Below the pieces are notes generated by a model that was given only the letters and a program-made list of their open reading frames with translations, searched no databases and was not told the DNA's origin. Below are positions 29,088 through 39,046 of a stretch of 64,000 nucleotides of DNA, in pieces; position 1 is the first letter of the stretch, and every line of letters begins with the position of its first letter. A program made the position numbers and the translations under genes. The stretch is from Kiritimatiellia bacterium (GTDB taxonomy: Bacteria > Verrucomicrobiota > Kiritimatiellia > CAIKKV01 > CAITUY01), in assembly GCA_038330175.1 (NCBI GenBank), contig JBBQNS010000005.1, positions 20 through 64,019 of the forward strand, written 5' to 3'.

Positions 29088-31130
29088 TCAAGGCAGAATA
29101 CGCACTTTTGCTTCACGATCCCACTGGCGCGTCTTGGCCGCGGCGATAAAGCCACGCGTATCCTCAACATCGACGACGCCACCATCGGATTCGACGCCGG
29201 CGGCACTCAGCAGCATCCGACCACCGTTATCGACGGCCATGGCCTTTAAGTGCGCAAAAGCATCGCTGACAAAATCCAGCGCCGCGCTTTCGCCTGTCAG
29301 TAGCGTGGCCGTTTCGTCCGACAAAACAACCGCTACCGCGTCAAACAACAGGGAAGGCAATCCGGAGATGATACCATCCGCAGCCAGCTTGGAGCCGTCG
29401 CTGAGTGTCGCACCGCCAACCTTGGGAGCCACGATCTTGAAAGCCGCGCCAGCGCCTTTAATCGCTTTTTGAATTTTTTTAATAGCCACCGCATCGGAGC
29501 CGTCACCAATGAGGATCGCCAACGTACGCCCTTCCAAAGTATCCTTCATCTTTCCAATTAATTGCAAAGCGGGCGACAGCTCCATATTGGTCACAGGTGC
29601 CGCTGTCTGAGGTGCCTCTGGCAAAGTTTCCATGCCTAATTGATTAGCCACGCGCTGCGCCAGATCCGCATCGATATGCCGCAGGTGTCCGACCATCGCC
29701 TCACGAACGTGCGGGTGATCGCACTTGGAGAACTCAAACACCATTGCCGCAGCGATATGCGTCTGTTCGTGCGGAGTTTGGCTGCGATAAAACTGACGAG
29801 CTTGGCTATAGTGATCGGCAAAACTTTCTGGCCGTGGGCGCCCCTTCGTTCCGCTCTCCGGGACAGTTGCACTGCGAAAACCACCTTTACCCACCTCACG
29901 TGGCGAAACAGCCGACAGCGAATTAGGTTCATAGGCGACTCGCCCCGTCTGTGGGGACATCTGCATATGGCCGTCGCGTTGATGGCTGCTAAACGGACAC
30001 TTGGGGGCGTTGATGGGAAGCTGGTGGAAATTTGGCGACCCCAGCCGCGACAATTGGGTATCCAGATATGAGAACAGACGCCCTTGCAATAGCGGGTCAT
30101 TTGAAAAATCAATCCCTGGAATAATATTGCCTGGGCAGAAGGCCACTTGTTCCGTGTCGGCAAAGAAGTTCTCCGGCCAGCGATTCAGCACCATCCGGCC
30201 TATTACCTTGAGGGGGACCAGTTCTTCAGGAATAAGCTTCGTCGGATCCAGATGGTCGATGGGGAACGCTTCGGCTTCTTTTTCGGTAAATAACTGTACT
30301 GCCAGCTCCCACTCAGGAAAATTCCCGGTCTTAATCGCCTCAAACATATCACGACGGTGGTAATCCGGATCGGCTCCCGATATTTTTACGGTCTCGTCCC
30401 AGATGGTAGACTGCAAGCCCAACTTGGGCCGCCAGTGGAACTTAACAAAGGTCGCATCACCGTCGGCGTTGATCAGTCGAAAGCTATGAATACCAAAGCC
30501 TTCAACCATCCGCAGCGATCGGGGCAGGGTCCGATCCGACATAATCCACATGACCATATGCATGGATTCGGGCGTCAGCGAGATATAGTCCCAGAAGGTA
30601 TCGTGGGCGGTAGCGGATTGGGGGAACGCCCGATCGGGCTCCATCTTGACGGCATGGACTAGGTCAGGGAATTTCATCGCATCCTGAATAAAGAACACCG
30701 GGATATTGTTGCCGACTAAATCCCAGTTGCCTTCTTTCGTGTAAAATTTAATGGCAAACCCACGGACATCCCGTGGCGTATCAATTGAACCAGCCCCGCC
30801 GGCGACGGTCGATATCCGTATAAAAATGGGCGTTTCTTCACCCACTTCAGTCAGAATTTTTGCGGTGGTATATCTTTTCAGCGAACTAGTGAGTTCAAAA
30901 AAACCATGTGCCCCTGTGCCGCGGGCGTGGACGACGCGTTCTGGAATGCGCTCATGGTCAAAGTGCATAATCTTTTCGCGCATAATGAAATCTTCGAGTA
31001 AGGCCGACCCGCGAGGATGGGCTTTGAGTGTGTTTTGGTCGTCAGCCAATTGCACGCCTTGATTGGTGGTCATCGGCGGGTGCTTGCCACCAGCGACTTG
31101 GTGGGTTTCACCCGTCGCAGACAAGGGCAT
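29088..31130 (-). CDS. katE: large-subunit (HPII-type) catalase, paralogue 1
   Basis: 680 aa; catalase core ([15 protein letters not shown], heme-binding region) plus C-terminal flavodoxin/DJ-1-like domain; ~80% identical to 41665-43821 product. Confidence 0.93.
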   Translation of the reverse strand: MPLSATGETHQVAGGKHPPMTTNQGVQLADDQNTLKAHPRGSALLEDFIMREKIMHFDHERIPERVVHARGTGAHGFFELTSSLKRYTTAKILTEVGEETPIFIRISTVAGGAGSIDTPRDVRGFAIKFYTKEGNWDLVGNNIPVFFIQDAMKFPDLVHAVKMEPDRAFPQSATAHDTFWDYISLTPESMHMVMWIMSDRTLPRSLRMVEGFGIHSFRLINADGDATFVKFHWRPKLGLQSTIWDETVKISGADPDYHRRDMFEAIKTGNFPEWELAVQLFTEKEAEAFPIDHLDPTKLIPEELVPLKVIGRMVLNRWPENFFADTEQVAFCPGNIIPGIDFSNDPLLQGRLFSYLDTQLSRLGSPNFHQLPINAPKCPFSSHQRDGHMQMSPQTGRVAYEPNSLSAVSPREVGKGGFRSATVPESGTKGRPRPESFADHYSQARQFYRSQTPHEQTHIAAAMVFEFSKCDHPHVREAMVGHLRHIDADLAQRVANQLGMETLPEAPQTAAPVTNMELSPALQLIGKMKDTLEGRTLAILIGDGSDAVAIKKIQKAIKGAGAAFKIVAPKVGGATLSDGSKLAADGIISGLPSLLFDAVAVVLSDETATLLTGESAALDFVSDAFAHLKAMAVDNGGRMLLSAAGVESDGGVVDVEDTRGFIAAAKTRQWDREAKVRILP

Positions 31131-31359
31131 GTCAGAAAAGGTATTCGGTTCCGCACTCGGTTTGGTCGTAGTATTTTTTACGTGTGTTTTTCTTCGAGGC
31201 CATTTTTAATCTCCTTATTTTAGTATACAAAGTTTTTTAGAAATGGCTTTTCGGGCCCGGTCGCTGGCTTTCATACATGAATGCCAACAACCGGGTATAG
31301 TCATCTGTGTCCCAAAAAAGCACTGTTTAAAGTCGCACCTAACAGAATCCCTCTCCCTA

Positions 31360-31854
31360 TTACCGGAAGTAGTACCGTACACCTACCGCCGCATTCATAT
31401 CAAAATCCGTATCAGGCGCAACATCAAGCACCGGTACGATCTCCAGAAAGACATCCATCGGCGTATGCGCAAATATATACGAGATGCCTAGAGGTATCCG
31501 TATCCCAACAAGCGCATCATCATTGTTCCGACCGTGCCCATCGTTTTCGTCCTTTAACTTTACTCGCGCTCCAATACCTGCATACAGGGGGAAGCGACCC
31601 TCGAAGTCCGGGGTACGTAAGATCTGGTCATTGTGCACCAGGTAGTCCACATGAAACTGCACTGAGTCGTTCTCGGAAAACGACCATCCTATACCGACAT
31701 CGATCGCATCACGTGCTGATATCCATTTCTTGATGCTAACACCGGTGGGTTCTCCCACCATGACACCTACACCCAGCCCGGGGTCCGCAGCGTTACTTGC
31801 CGTGGCGACACCTACAACCAATACGCTCATCACTAATAACCACTTCTTCATCAT
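31360..31854 (-). CDS. small outer-membrane beta-barrel protein (hypothetical)
   Basis: signal peptide; alternating amphipathic strands; C-terminal aromatic YYFR-type terminus typical of OMPs. Confidence 0.5.
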   Translation of the reverse strand: MMKKWLLVMSVLVVGVATASNAADPGLGVGVMVGEPTGVSIKKWISARDAIDVGIGWSFSENDSVQFHVDYLVHNDQILRTPDFEGRFPLYAGIGARVKLKDENDGHGRNNDDALVGIRIPLGISYIFAHTPMDVFLEIVPVLDVAPDTDFDMNAAVGVRYYFR

Positions 31855-32208
31855 TATTCTCCTTTGTTTTTTTCTCTATTGCGGTCCCAGAGTCGCATAC
31901 GTGAATCGACACGACTATCGGGAAAAGGCAAATAGATTAGTTCGAAAAACCTTAAAATAAATTCAGTTTTAAAAAGCATTTTCAAGAATGAGCCCACACG
32001 AGATCGTACTCTATGCGCACTAAATCCGAACGTTGAATTGAGTTCTTGCTACAACCCGTTCGGACATGAAACTCAGGCAAGTCGATTTTCGGGAGCAGTC
32101 AAGTGGAGTCCCCTAAAACACCAATGGAGGGCCGATGCACGACCCTCCATTGGCACATTGCGTATTGCAATGATCGATTTTCAGGCTCGATACCACCAGC
32201 TCGAAAAA

Positions 32209-32739
32209 CTATTTATCTTCCGGTGGAGTCGTTTCACCTGTGCTGGAAATATCTTCAGCACCCGCCGCCTTAAAGATTTCTTTCGCCCGCTTGATCTCGT
32301 TTGAGTCCTCGGTATGAACAGAAATCAGAACGTTGCCGCTCTTGACTTTTCCTTCGTAACGCTTGGCTTCGTACTCGGGAATACCGAGTCCAATCAGCGC
32401 GCCGGTAATGCCCCCAACAGCACCGCCCAAGGCGGCACCACCGAGCGCGGCCATGATCGGACCAGCTGCAATAAAGGGACCTACTCCAGGGATAGCCAGC
32501 GCGCCGATCCCGGCGAGCCACCCAAGTGCGCCACCGAGCACGCCACCCGTGACACCACCCGTGGTTGCGCCTTCCGGAGCCTTCGTGTGTTGTTCATGAG
32601 CGAAGTCCTTAGTACCACTCTTGTCCGCCAATAACACGGAGATGTCATTATTGGAAAAATTGGCGGCCTTCAGTTGATCCACAATACGGATAGCTTGGGG
32701 CTGACTTTTTGCGATACAGAGTACAGATGTTTTTGACAT
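32209..32739 (-). CDS. general-stress-type protein with glycine-zipper membrane segment (YflT/DUF1269-like)
   Basis: 176 aa; Gly-zipper (GGVTGGVLGGALGWLAGIGALAIPGVGPF...) between soluble domains. Confidence 0.45.
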   Translation of the reverse strand: MSKTSVLCIAKSQPQAIRIVDQLKAANFSNNDISVLLADKSGTKDFAHEQHTKAPEGATTGGVTGGVLGGALGWLAGIGALAIPGVGPFIAAGPIMAALGGAALGGAVGGITGALIGLGIPEYEAKRYEGKVKSGNVLISVHTEDSNEIKRAKEIFKAAGAEDISSTGETTPPEDK

Positions 32740-32768
32740 GATGATTTGTTCCTTTTTTGTTTTTTTGT

Positions 32769-33230
32769 TTACTGGTTAGCTTTTACTTCGAGCTGGTCGT
32801 CCACGTTGCCGTCACCGGCAACGCTGTTGGCAAGTGCCGCGATGCTGGTTTTTTCCTCAACCGTGTTGACAGGTCCACGTAACGTGACCTTACCGTCGAC
32901 CGTGATGATTTTGATGTTCTTCGCAGTGATCGAGTAATCGGTCGGCCCACTCACGAGCGATTTTCGTACTCTCTGAGTGATGTCCCGATCCACCTCGGAA
33001 TTGCCCTGGTCGCCGGGAGTAAGAGTCGCGTCGTTACGATCGCGTACGTTCACCCGACTGTTGTTTGCGTCTACCGGCGCTGTGGTAGTAACCCGATCGG
33101 AATCCGGTACACCATTCACGGAAGATTTGTTCTTCTCGTTGCAGCCTACCAATAACACGAACATAGGCATCGCTAAACCTAATGTCATTGCGACGCGTTG
33201 TTGTTTAAATTTACGTGTAATGTTTTTCAA
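32769..33230 (-). CDS. BON-domain lipoprotein (OsmY-like)
   Basis: lipobox LLVGC; C-terminal BON domain (ITAKNIKIITVDGKVTLRGPVNTVEEK). Confidence 0.65.
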   Translation of the reverse strand: MKNITRKFKQQRVAMTLGLAMPMFVLLVGCNEKNKSSVNGVPDSDRVTTTAPVDANNSRVNVRDRNDATLTPGDQGNSEVDRDITQRVRKSLVSGPTDYSITAKNIKIITVDGKVTLRGPVNTVEEKTSIAALANSVAGDGNVDDQLEVKANQ

Positions 33231-33454
33231 AGCAATTTTCCTCGTGTGGGTTTTTATGCATATGGATTTTAGGGTTCAGCCGTGCTGCACACTCGTGCAA
33301 CCCTGCTTAGAGCCCAGTGTCGTAATGTGTAGTGGTCTCGTCGCGGCGGCCAACGCCGCGTTTTTTCGTTTACGCCTCCTTTGTTTATCAGCTACTAAAG
33401 TGACCCGCCTGAACAAAGTCATTAAATCCAAGCGGGTCTCGATGTGACACTTGT

Positions 33455-33530
33455 TTAACGCACAAAAAGTGCGATCAAGATAACGATCGGAATCGGTATG
33501 CCGAGCAAAAGGAGTAAAATTGAACGCATG
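33455..33530 (-). CDS. unannotated 24-aa hydrophobic peptide (MRSILLLLLGIPIPIVILIALFVR)
   Basis: below ORF-track cutoff; GGAGG Shine-Dalgarno 6 nt upstream of ATG; single TM helix. Confidence 0.35.
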
Positions 33531-33547
33531 GTAAGCCTCCGTAATCG

Positions 33548-34435
33548 CTATATAAGTTTCACATGATCCCGTTGCCTGCCCCCGATGATCGCGGCGTAAC
33601 TCGCGCTAAAGGCGCCGCACAAAAGAGCCACGAAAATCCACAATAGTGAATGTGCCGTGGCCTTCCGGGCGGTGTCAGCCGCTTGTCTGGCAGCGTCAAT
33701 GACGTCGGAAACCCGTTTCTCGGCGTCGAGAGTGTTGATCCCCGTTCTCGTCGCCACTAGCTGGGACAGATACTTTTCGTCCGCTACCGAAACCCCTTCC
33801 GCTCGAAGCGTATGGGTGAAAATGCGATCGAACTCGGTACGTTCCGAAGCAGCGATCCTATTCGAACTTGGCTGCTCCGAACGTAACAGCGTGTCGACAA
33901 AATACCCGATGTTACCAGCGGATCCTCCCTCTTGAGCGGCGGTATTCATCGCCACCGTAGCCGCACTAGCCACTCCACCCACCATCGAGGTGGCTGCAGA
34001 CGCCAGAAAATAAACGGTGATGACGAGTCCTACCGACCAAACCAAAAGCCCGTGTGCGGTATCCCGGAAATAAACCTCATCCGTGTGAATACCGGCCCAT
34101 TTCACGCGCAATCGGCCCGCCATATACCCACCCATCGCCGATGCAATAATTTGCATGGCGATCAGCCAGATGATGGCTCCCTTGCCAATCGTCGAAGCGG
34201 AAGCACCCACATTCGACCACGGCGAAACGGAGGATAGACCTAGTCCGGCACCGAGTGCCAAAAGGATCAGTGACAACGCAGCGGCTACAAACGCGCCACC
34301 CATCACCGCACTCCAAGAGACACCCGATGAACAACTTTCGTTTTTTACCGAAGTATCACCCAAACTGCGATGAGGCTCATGGGCCAAAGAGATATTATTT
34401 TCCATAATGTTACTCCTTAAACGCGTTTGCAACAC
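33548..34435 (-). CDS. hypothetical integral membrane protein
   Basis: 295 aa; several TM helices; no recognisable motif. Confidence 0.5.
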   Translation of the reverse strand: MLQTRLRSNIMENNISLAHEPHRSLGDTSVKNESCSSGVSWSAVMGGAFVAAALSLILLALGAGLGLSSVSPWSNVGASASTIGKGAIIWLIAMQIIASAMGGYMAGRLRVKWAGIHTDEVYFRDTAHGLLVWSVGLVITVYFLASAATSMVGGVASAATVAMNTAAQEGGSAGNIGYFVDTLLRSEQPSSNRIAASERTEFDRIFTHTLRAEGVSVADEKYLSQLVATRTGINTLDAEKRVSDVIDAARQAADTARKATAHSLLWIFVALLCGAFSASYAAIIGGRQRDHVKLI

Positions 34436-34440
34436 CTACG

Positions 34441-34590
34441 TTATTTCGCTGCGTCTTGGACTTTTTCTCCCACGACCTGGACGTCCTTGCCCGCGCCCTT
34501 CATCGTGTTACATCCCGTGATGGAGAACAGAGTCCCAATAACGACCACTGCGACCGACACTGATTTCATCATTGTAATAACCTTTTTCAT
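34441..34590 (-). CDS. entericidin (EcnA/EcnB) family small lipoprotein
   Basis: 49 aa, below ORF-track cutoff; signal peptide + lipobox ITGCNTMKGAGKDVQVVGEKVQDAAK matching entericidin pattern. Confidence 0.6.
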   Translation of the reverse strand: MKKVITMMKSVSVAVVVIGTLFSITGCNTMKGAGKDVQVVGEKVQDAAK

Positions 34591-34656
34591 ACCAACCCTC
34601 TTTTCTTTTTTGTTTTTTCGTTTCCTGTTTTTACCCTGTTATCGCCGTGCCACGTC

Positions 34657-34764
34657 TTAACGACGCAACAATAGAACGATAACGACTATAAGAATCACGA
34701 GACCAAGCGAACCGCCACCTATCCACATAACATTGCCTAATATAGGCGAAAATAAAGTTGTCAT
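34657..34764 (-). CDS. unannotated 35-aa small membrane protein (MTTLFSPILGNVMWIGGGSLGLVILIVVIVLLLRR; YtjA/DUF1328-like?)
   Basis: AAGGAGG Shine-Dalgarno 8 nt upstream; single TM. Confidence 0.4.
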   Translation of the reverse strand: MTTLFSPILGNVMWIGGGSLGLVILIVVIVLLLRR

Positions 34765-34953
34765 TTCTTCTCCTCCTTCTTTTAATAATCAAATTACAGC
34801 GAAAGCGATACAACCGCTATCGGGCATCTTCTTACTTAACACTTCTAATTTCCTTATCACTGACAGGCGAAACACTGCCTGGATTTATCCTTAGCGCAGG
34901 TACGCTGATAGCGCGGTCATATAGGAGCGAGCGCGGATTCAGCCATCAGTGCG

Positions 34954-35292
34954 TTACTTGCGACGCAATGCCAGTTGGCGGATGAGAGCACCTACACCGA
35001 GCGCGATGGCGATGGCGTGGTAGGGGTGCTCGTGCACGATTTTGTTGGTCAACTTCGCCCCCTCTCCCGCCTTGTCTTCGACGCGGCCGAGCAGTGACTT
35101 GCCGCTATCGAGCGCTTTCGAAAGCCGCGTTCGGGCTTCCTTGGCGGTTGACTTGGTTGCGTGGGCGGTTGCGTCGAGCAGGGCGCGGCCCGCCTCAGCA
35201 AGCTTCTCATTCACATTGGATTCCGGTTTTCGTTTGGGCGTATTCGCCGCATTGACTCTTTTGTCTGTGCTTTGCTTGACTGTTGTTTTCAT
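34954..35292 (-). CDS. DUF883 (ElaB/YqjD) family membrane-anchored stress protein
   Basis: 112 aa; C-terminal HEHPYHAIAIALGVGALIRQLALRRK signature. Confidence 0.7.
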   Translation of the reverse strand: MKTTVKQSTDKRVNAANTPKRKPESNVNEKLAEAGRALLDATAHATKSTAKEARTRLSKALDSGKSLLGRVEDKAGEGAKLTNKIVHEHPYHAIAIALGVGALIRQLALRRK

Positions 35293-35470
35293 GATTTCAA
35301 TTCTCCATTTCCATTATTTGAAACATCTCATTTGAGTCTCTTGCAAAACCTCAAGAGAAGATGGTCGTGACGGAGCACGACCCTCCAAAAGATGCAGAAA
35401 ACGACCTGTCTTGCAATATGGAGGGACGACCTCCGTGTCGTCCACAGGGTTTTGCAAGAGCCTCTGATGC

Positions 35471-35659
35471 TTACGTATTGATACTTTCATGCCTGCACAC
35501 CAGCCCCTTCGCGGCCAGGCACCGCTTCTCCTGCTCGAGGAAAAGCTCGAACATACGCTTGGCGGCATCGGAACGTGCAGTTGCGGCCATGTGCTGCGCA
35601 TACGCAAGAAAGGGAAAATCGCTCATCGTCAGTTCTTTGCTCTGAGGCATCATGGACAT
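35471..35659 (-). CDS. hypothetical 62-aa protein
   Basis: ORF only; no motif. Confidence 0.25.
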   Translation of the reverse strand: MSMMPQSKELTMSDFPFLAYAQHMAATARSDAAKRMFELFLEQEKRCLAAKGLVCRHESINT

Positions 35660-36012
35660 CTTCGTCTCCTAGTTGATGAAACACCTGACACTCAGATTCG
35701 ATGCCGACTCACATTGATGAATGTCAGGAATAACCTACAAAAACGAGTGACTCTTTCCTATCGGGCTAAGGATCACTCTGCGGTTCGAAAAACCTTAGAG
35801 TTCCATGCAAGTTGGTGTCGCCTAATGTATATGTTCAGGTATACCCGCATGGAAACAACAAAATCAGAGCTGCCAGCGCAGACCACCGCTCCAATTGAAT
35901 TGGGAATGACATTGGTCGATCAGGGAAAAATCCTTGCGGCAGCAGGTAGCGAAGGCCGAAAACACCCTGGTTCCTGGGTGTCAGGCTGCGAACGCCAAGT
36001 AACCCTCTGGTT

Positions 36013-37086
36013 TTAGATCGGCTCGTAAAAATCAATTAGAGCGGCGAACGCGGAAAAACCAGCACCAAAGGCGAGGAGCATGCCGGTCTGGCCCGGTTGG
36101 GGTCGGCCCTTGTCCAGAATGTCCCGCAATACGAATAAGACCGAGGGAGATGACATGTTGCCAAAATTTTCGAACACACCGTAAGAAAACCGCAGTTTCG
36201 GCTTATCAAGATCCAATTGCTTGCCGACTTGTTCCAGCACGGCAGTGCCCCCTGGATGGACCGCCCACCAGTCGATGTCCTTCCGGGTTAGGCCATGCCG
36301 GGCCAGAAGCCGGGAGCCGACCTCGGCCGCAGTGCGCGCGCCGATGACGGGCACCCGCTTGTTCAAACAATTCCGCAGGCGCCCGCCTTCCGTGTGGTAA
36401 CGCAGGTCTTCCCGATACTGAGGATAGAGGCCGGACTCGAAGTCCACGATCCGCGCCAAGCCTTTTTGTGGGCGGTCTTCCTTGTACAGATCGAGAACGG
36501 CTGCCGCGGCGCCATCGCCGAAAATGGAATTACTCACCACCAGCCCGGGATCCGAACCGTGGAAAATGGTGGCCGAACAGATTTCCACCGCAAGGCTCAG
36601 CACCGGACCCTCTCCGCGCCGGGCCAGCATGCTGGCGGCGGCTTCGAGATTTGGAATGGCCGCCCCGCATCCCATCCCCATCAAGTCCAGGAAACGGATC
36701 GATGGGTTCAAGTGCAGGTCTTCGGCAACATACGAGGACAGGCCCGGGCACAAATAGCCGGTGCAGGTGTTGACGACCAGCCCCCGGATGTCTTCTGCGC
36801 GCACATGGGCATCCGCCATCGCCCGGCGCGCGGCCTCGACCGCCGTCGCACGCCCGAATTTCACAAAGCGCGCCAGCAGCCGGTCGGGATTGGTTTCGAG
36901 GGCATCCGTTTTGGCATCCATTCCCAGATAGCGGCCCTTGATCTTCCCGTCCAGAAGGATCCGGCGATACAATTCCTCTTCGGCCGCCGTCAAGGGCAGG
37001 TTTGCGGAAAGGAATTCGAAGGCTTCCTTCTGGGTGACATAGAACGGGGGTGTAGCGGTGCCTAGTCCTTTAATGATGATCGTCAT
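36013..37086 (-). CDS. type III polyketide synthase (chalcone/stilbene synthase family)
   Basis: 357 aa from MTIIIKG; catalytic Cys (MGMGCGAA), His (VHPGG) and Asn (FGNMSS) all present; start ATGA-overlaps methyltransferase stop. Confidence 0.85.
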   Translation of the reverse strand: MTIIIKGLGTATPPFYVTQKEAFEFLSANLPLTAAEEELYRRILLDGKIKGRYLGMDAKTDALETNPDRLLARFVKFGRATAVEAARRAMADAHVRAEDIRGLVVNTCTGYLCPGLSSYVAEDLHLNPSIRFLDLMGMGCGAAIPNLEAAASMLARRGEGPVLSLAVEICSATIFHGSDPGLVVSNSIFGDGAAAAVLDLYKEDRPQKGLARIVDFESGLYPQYREDLRYHTEGGRLRNCLNKRVPVIGARTAAEVGSRLLARHGLTRKDIDWWAVHPGGTAVLEQVGKQLDLDKPKLRFSYGVFENFGNMSSPSVLFVLRDILDKGRPQPGQTGMLLAFGAGFSAFAALIDFYEPI

Positions 37087-37799
37087 GAGTGACCTCCATG
37101 GATGTAGCGGACAACAACGGAAATTCGGAACCACCGGGCGGGCTCGACGGAAACGGAGACGTTGTCGAGCCGACCCAGTCCGGCGCGCAGTTCATGGACC
37201 TTGAAGCCGCGCCGGATCGAGAGCAGGGCATCGTGGCGCAGGCCGGAAGGGGTGCCCGCCAGCAACAGCCGGACGCCCAGACTCGCCAGTGCCGAGCGCC
37301 GTAGGTCGTTGATCAAGACGGCTTCGCGCACGAAGCCGCGTAGCTTTTGCACCAGATCGAGGATCTGCTCCTGAGTGAAATGGTGGAAGCACATCGACGC
37401 AATGGCGTAGTCATACGGTTCGGCCGGCTGGTGGGCGAAGACATCCTCGTGCAGCAGGCGCACTGCGGGATCGCCCGCCTGTTCCAGCTTCGCCCGCGCA
37501 ATGCGGGCCGCAGGGCCGGCCATTTCCAGGCAGGTGAAGTCCAGCGGCAGGGCGTGCGCCTGTCCCCAGAGGCTGAGCGCCAGCGGGATGTCGCAACTTC
37601 CGGATCCGATGTCGAGGATGCGGAGCGGCGAACCGGGCGTGCGCCTTGCAGCTTCGGCGGCCAGAAACCGGCGAACCACCCGGATGCCGCCGAAGTTCCG
37701 GTTGATCGTTTCCATGAATCGATAGCTCATGGCGGCCAGTTCCGGATCGCAATCCGGCCGGTCCAGAAATTCCTCTCCCTTGGCGCGTTCGTTAAACAT
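37083..37799 (-). CDS. class I SAM-dependent methyltransferase
   Basis: 238 aa; motif I ILDIGSGSCDIP; overlaps U32 gene by 8 bp and PKS by 4 bp. Confidence 0.75.
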   Translation of the reverse strand: MFNERAKGEEFLDRPDCDPELAAMSYRFMETINRNFGGIRVVRRFLAAEAARRTPGSPLRILDIGSGSCDIPLALSLWGQAHALPLDFTCLEMAGPAARIARAKLEQAGDPAVRLLHEDVFAHQPAEPYDYAIASMCFHHFTQEQILDLVQKLRGFVREAVLINDLRRSALASLGVRLLLAGTPSGLRHDALLSIRRGFKVHELRAGLGRLDNVSVSVEPARWFRISVVVRYIHGGHS

Positions 37800-39003
37800 T
37801 CCAGAGTGCTCCCGTGGCCATGCCGCTTTCCACCTCGGCGTATTGTTGCAGCAGCGCGTCGCGATAATCCGGTGCCACCGAGACGGCCTGCGCCGCGATC
37901 CGTTCGCAATAGCCGCAGTCCTTGCAGGCCAGGGTGGAGCAATCGCGGTCGCGAAAACCCTCCAGGAACCCTGCGGGGATTTTTCGCGAATCCACGCGGA
38001 TCGGACATTCCGCTTGCGAGGAGAGCATGCCCTGCCGTGACGCCAGATCGAAGATCGGCTTCAATTTGAGGGGACTGACCTGCCACGGCTTCAGGAAATG
38101 GCGCGCCAGCCAGAACCGCTCCTTCCGGGCCGGTTCCTTGAAGCCGTACGAGAGGAACAGTTCGGCGAGATTCCCGTCGAACTGCCGCTCGCTATACGCC
38201 TTGACCCGCCGCAGCAGTTCCGCCGAGGGAATGCCGCGCTCCAGCAGTTTGAAGGTCGTGTATCCCATGGCTTCATAGAACCCCAGATCCTCCGGCCGGA
38301 TCCAGGCGGCCTTGATGAACAGCGACGGATCCGCCAGGCGCTTACGCGAACAATGCAGAAAGCAATAGTCGATGAACAGGGCACCGGAGCCGCCCGATGC
38401 ATGGGCGAAGCCGTTCTGATGGTACACTTGGATCGGACAGTTCGGCAGGCAGACGTGGTTCGCAATTAACTGCAATTCGCAATGGACCGCTTGACGGATG
38501 GCGGCCAACCGGCGGAAATCCCGGTTGATGGAGAAACTCTCCAAAGTGATGGCGTCCGCCCCGAGGTCCTCCCAGAATCGGGCGCGCCGAGGGGTGTCGA
38601 CTTGCGCATAGATGCCGACCTTCACCTTGAATCCGGGAAAGCGGCGCTTGACCATTTCCAGCAGAAAAGGCGTGGAAACGGTGATGCGCCGCACACCCAG
38701 GTCGCCCAGTTTTGCCAGCAGGGAGGTCGCCTTCTTCTGCCAGGCCCGTGTCCATTCACGATTGTCGAAGCAGGAGCCGTTCAGCAGATAATTGAAGGCG
38801 ATGCCGTGGCGGTCGAGCGTTTGGATATAGTTCCGCAGTTCATGTTTGGAGAGGGGCGTAGCCAGGTAACGGGGCCGCCCGCCGCTGATGCCATCGGCGG
38901 GGAACTTGCCATACACCTCGTCGACCGGATAGACGCCAATCTGCGGAATCAAATCCGCGTCATAATTTGCTGCCAGCGAAAATTTGGTGCTTGGGGTGCT
39001 CAT
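37792..39003 (-). CDS. peptidase-U32-family protein (UbiU/UbiV/RlhA-like putative O2-independent hydroxylase)
   Basis: 403 aa; matches U32 core pattern: E-x-E/Q..C..C (CELQLIANHVCLPNC), second Cys pair (IDYCFLHC) and following ...DL...EAMGYTTFKL barrel strand; no N-terminal CxxxCxxC radical-SAM motif. Confidence 0.55.
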   Translation of the reverse strand: MSTPSTKFSLAANYDADLIPQIGVYPVDEVYGKFPADGISGGRPRYLATPLSKHELRNYIQTLDRHGIAFNYLLNGSCFDNREWTRAWQKKATSLLAKLGDLGVRRITVSTPFLLEMVKRRFPGFKVKVGIYAQVDTPRRARFWEDLGADAITLESFSINRDFRRLAAIRQAVHCELQLIANHVCLPNCPIQVYHQNGFAHASGGSGALFIDYCFLHCSRKRLADPSLFIKAAWIRPEDLGFYEAMGYTTFKLLERGIPSAELLRRVKAYSERQFDGNLAELFLSYGFKEPARKERFWLARHFLKPWQVSPLKLKPIFDLASRQGMLSSQAECPIRVDSRKIPAGFLEGFRDRDCSTLACKDCGYCERIAAQAVSVAPDYRDALLQQYAEVESGMATGALWNV

Positions 39004-39046
39004 TCTGAATTCTGACTTCTGGATTCTGGATTTATATCCAGTGCAT

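Noticed and set aside
37792-39003. Initial impression of a radical-SAM enzyme next to the PKS
   Set aside because: There is no CxxxCxxC near the N-terminus. The Cys spacing and surrounding residues instead fit the peptidase U32 (UbiU/UbiV/RlhA) core.
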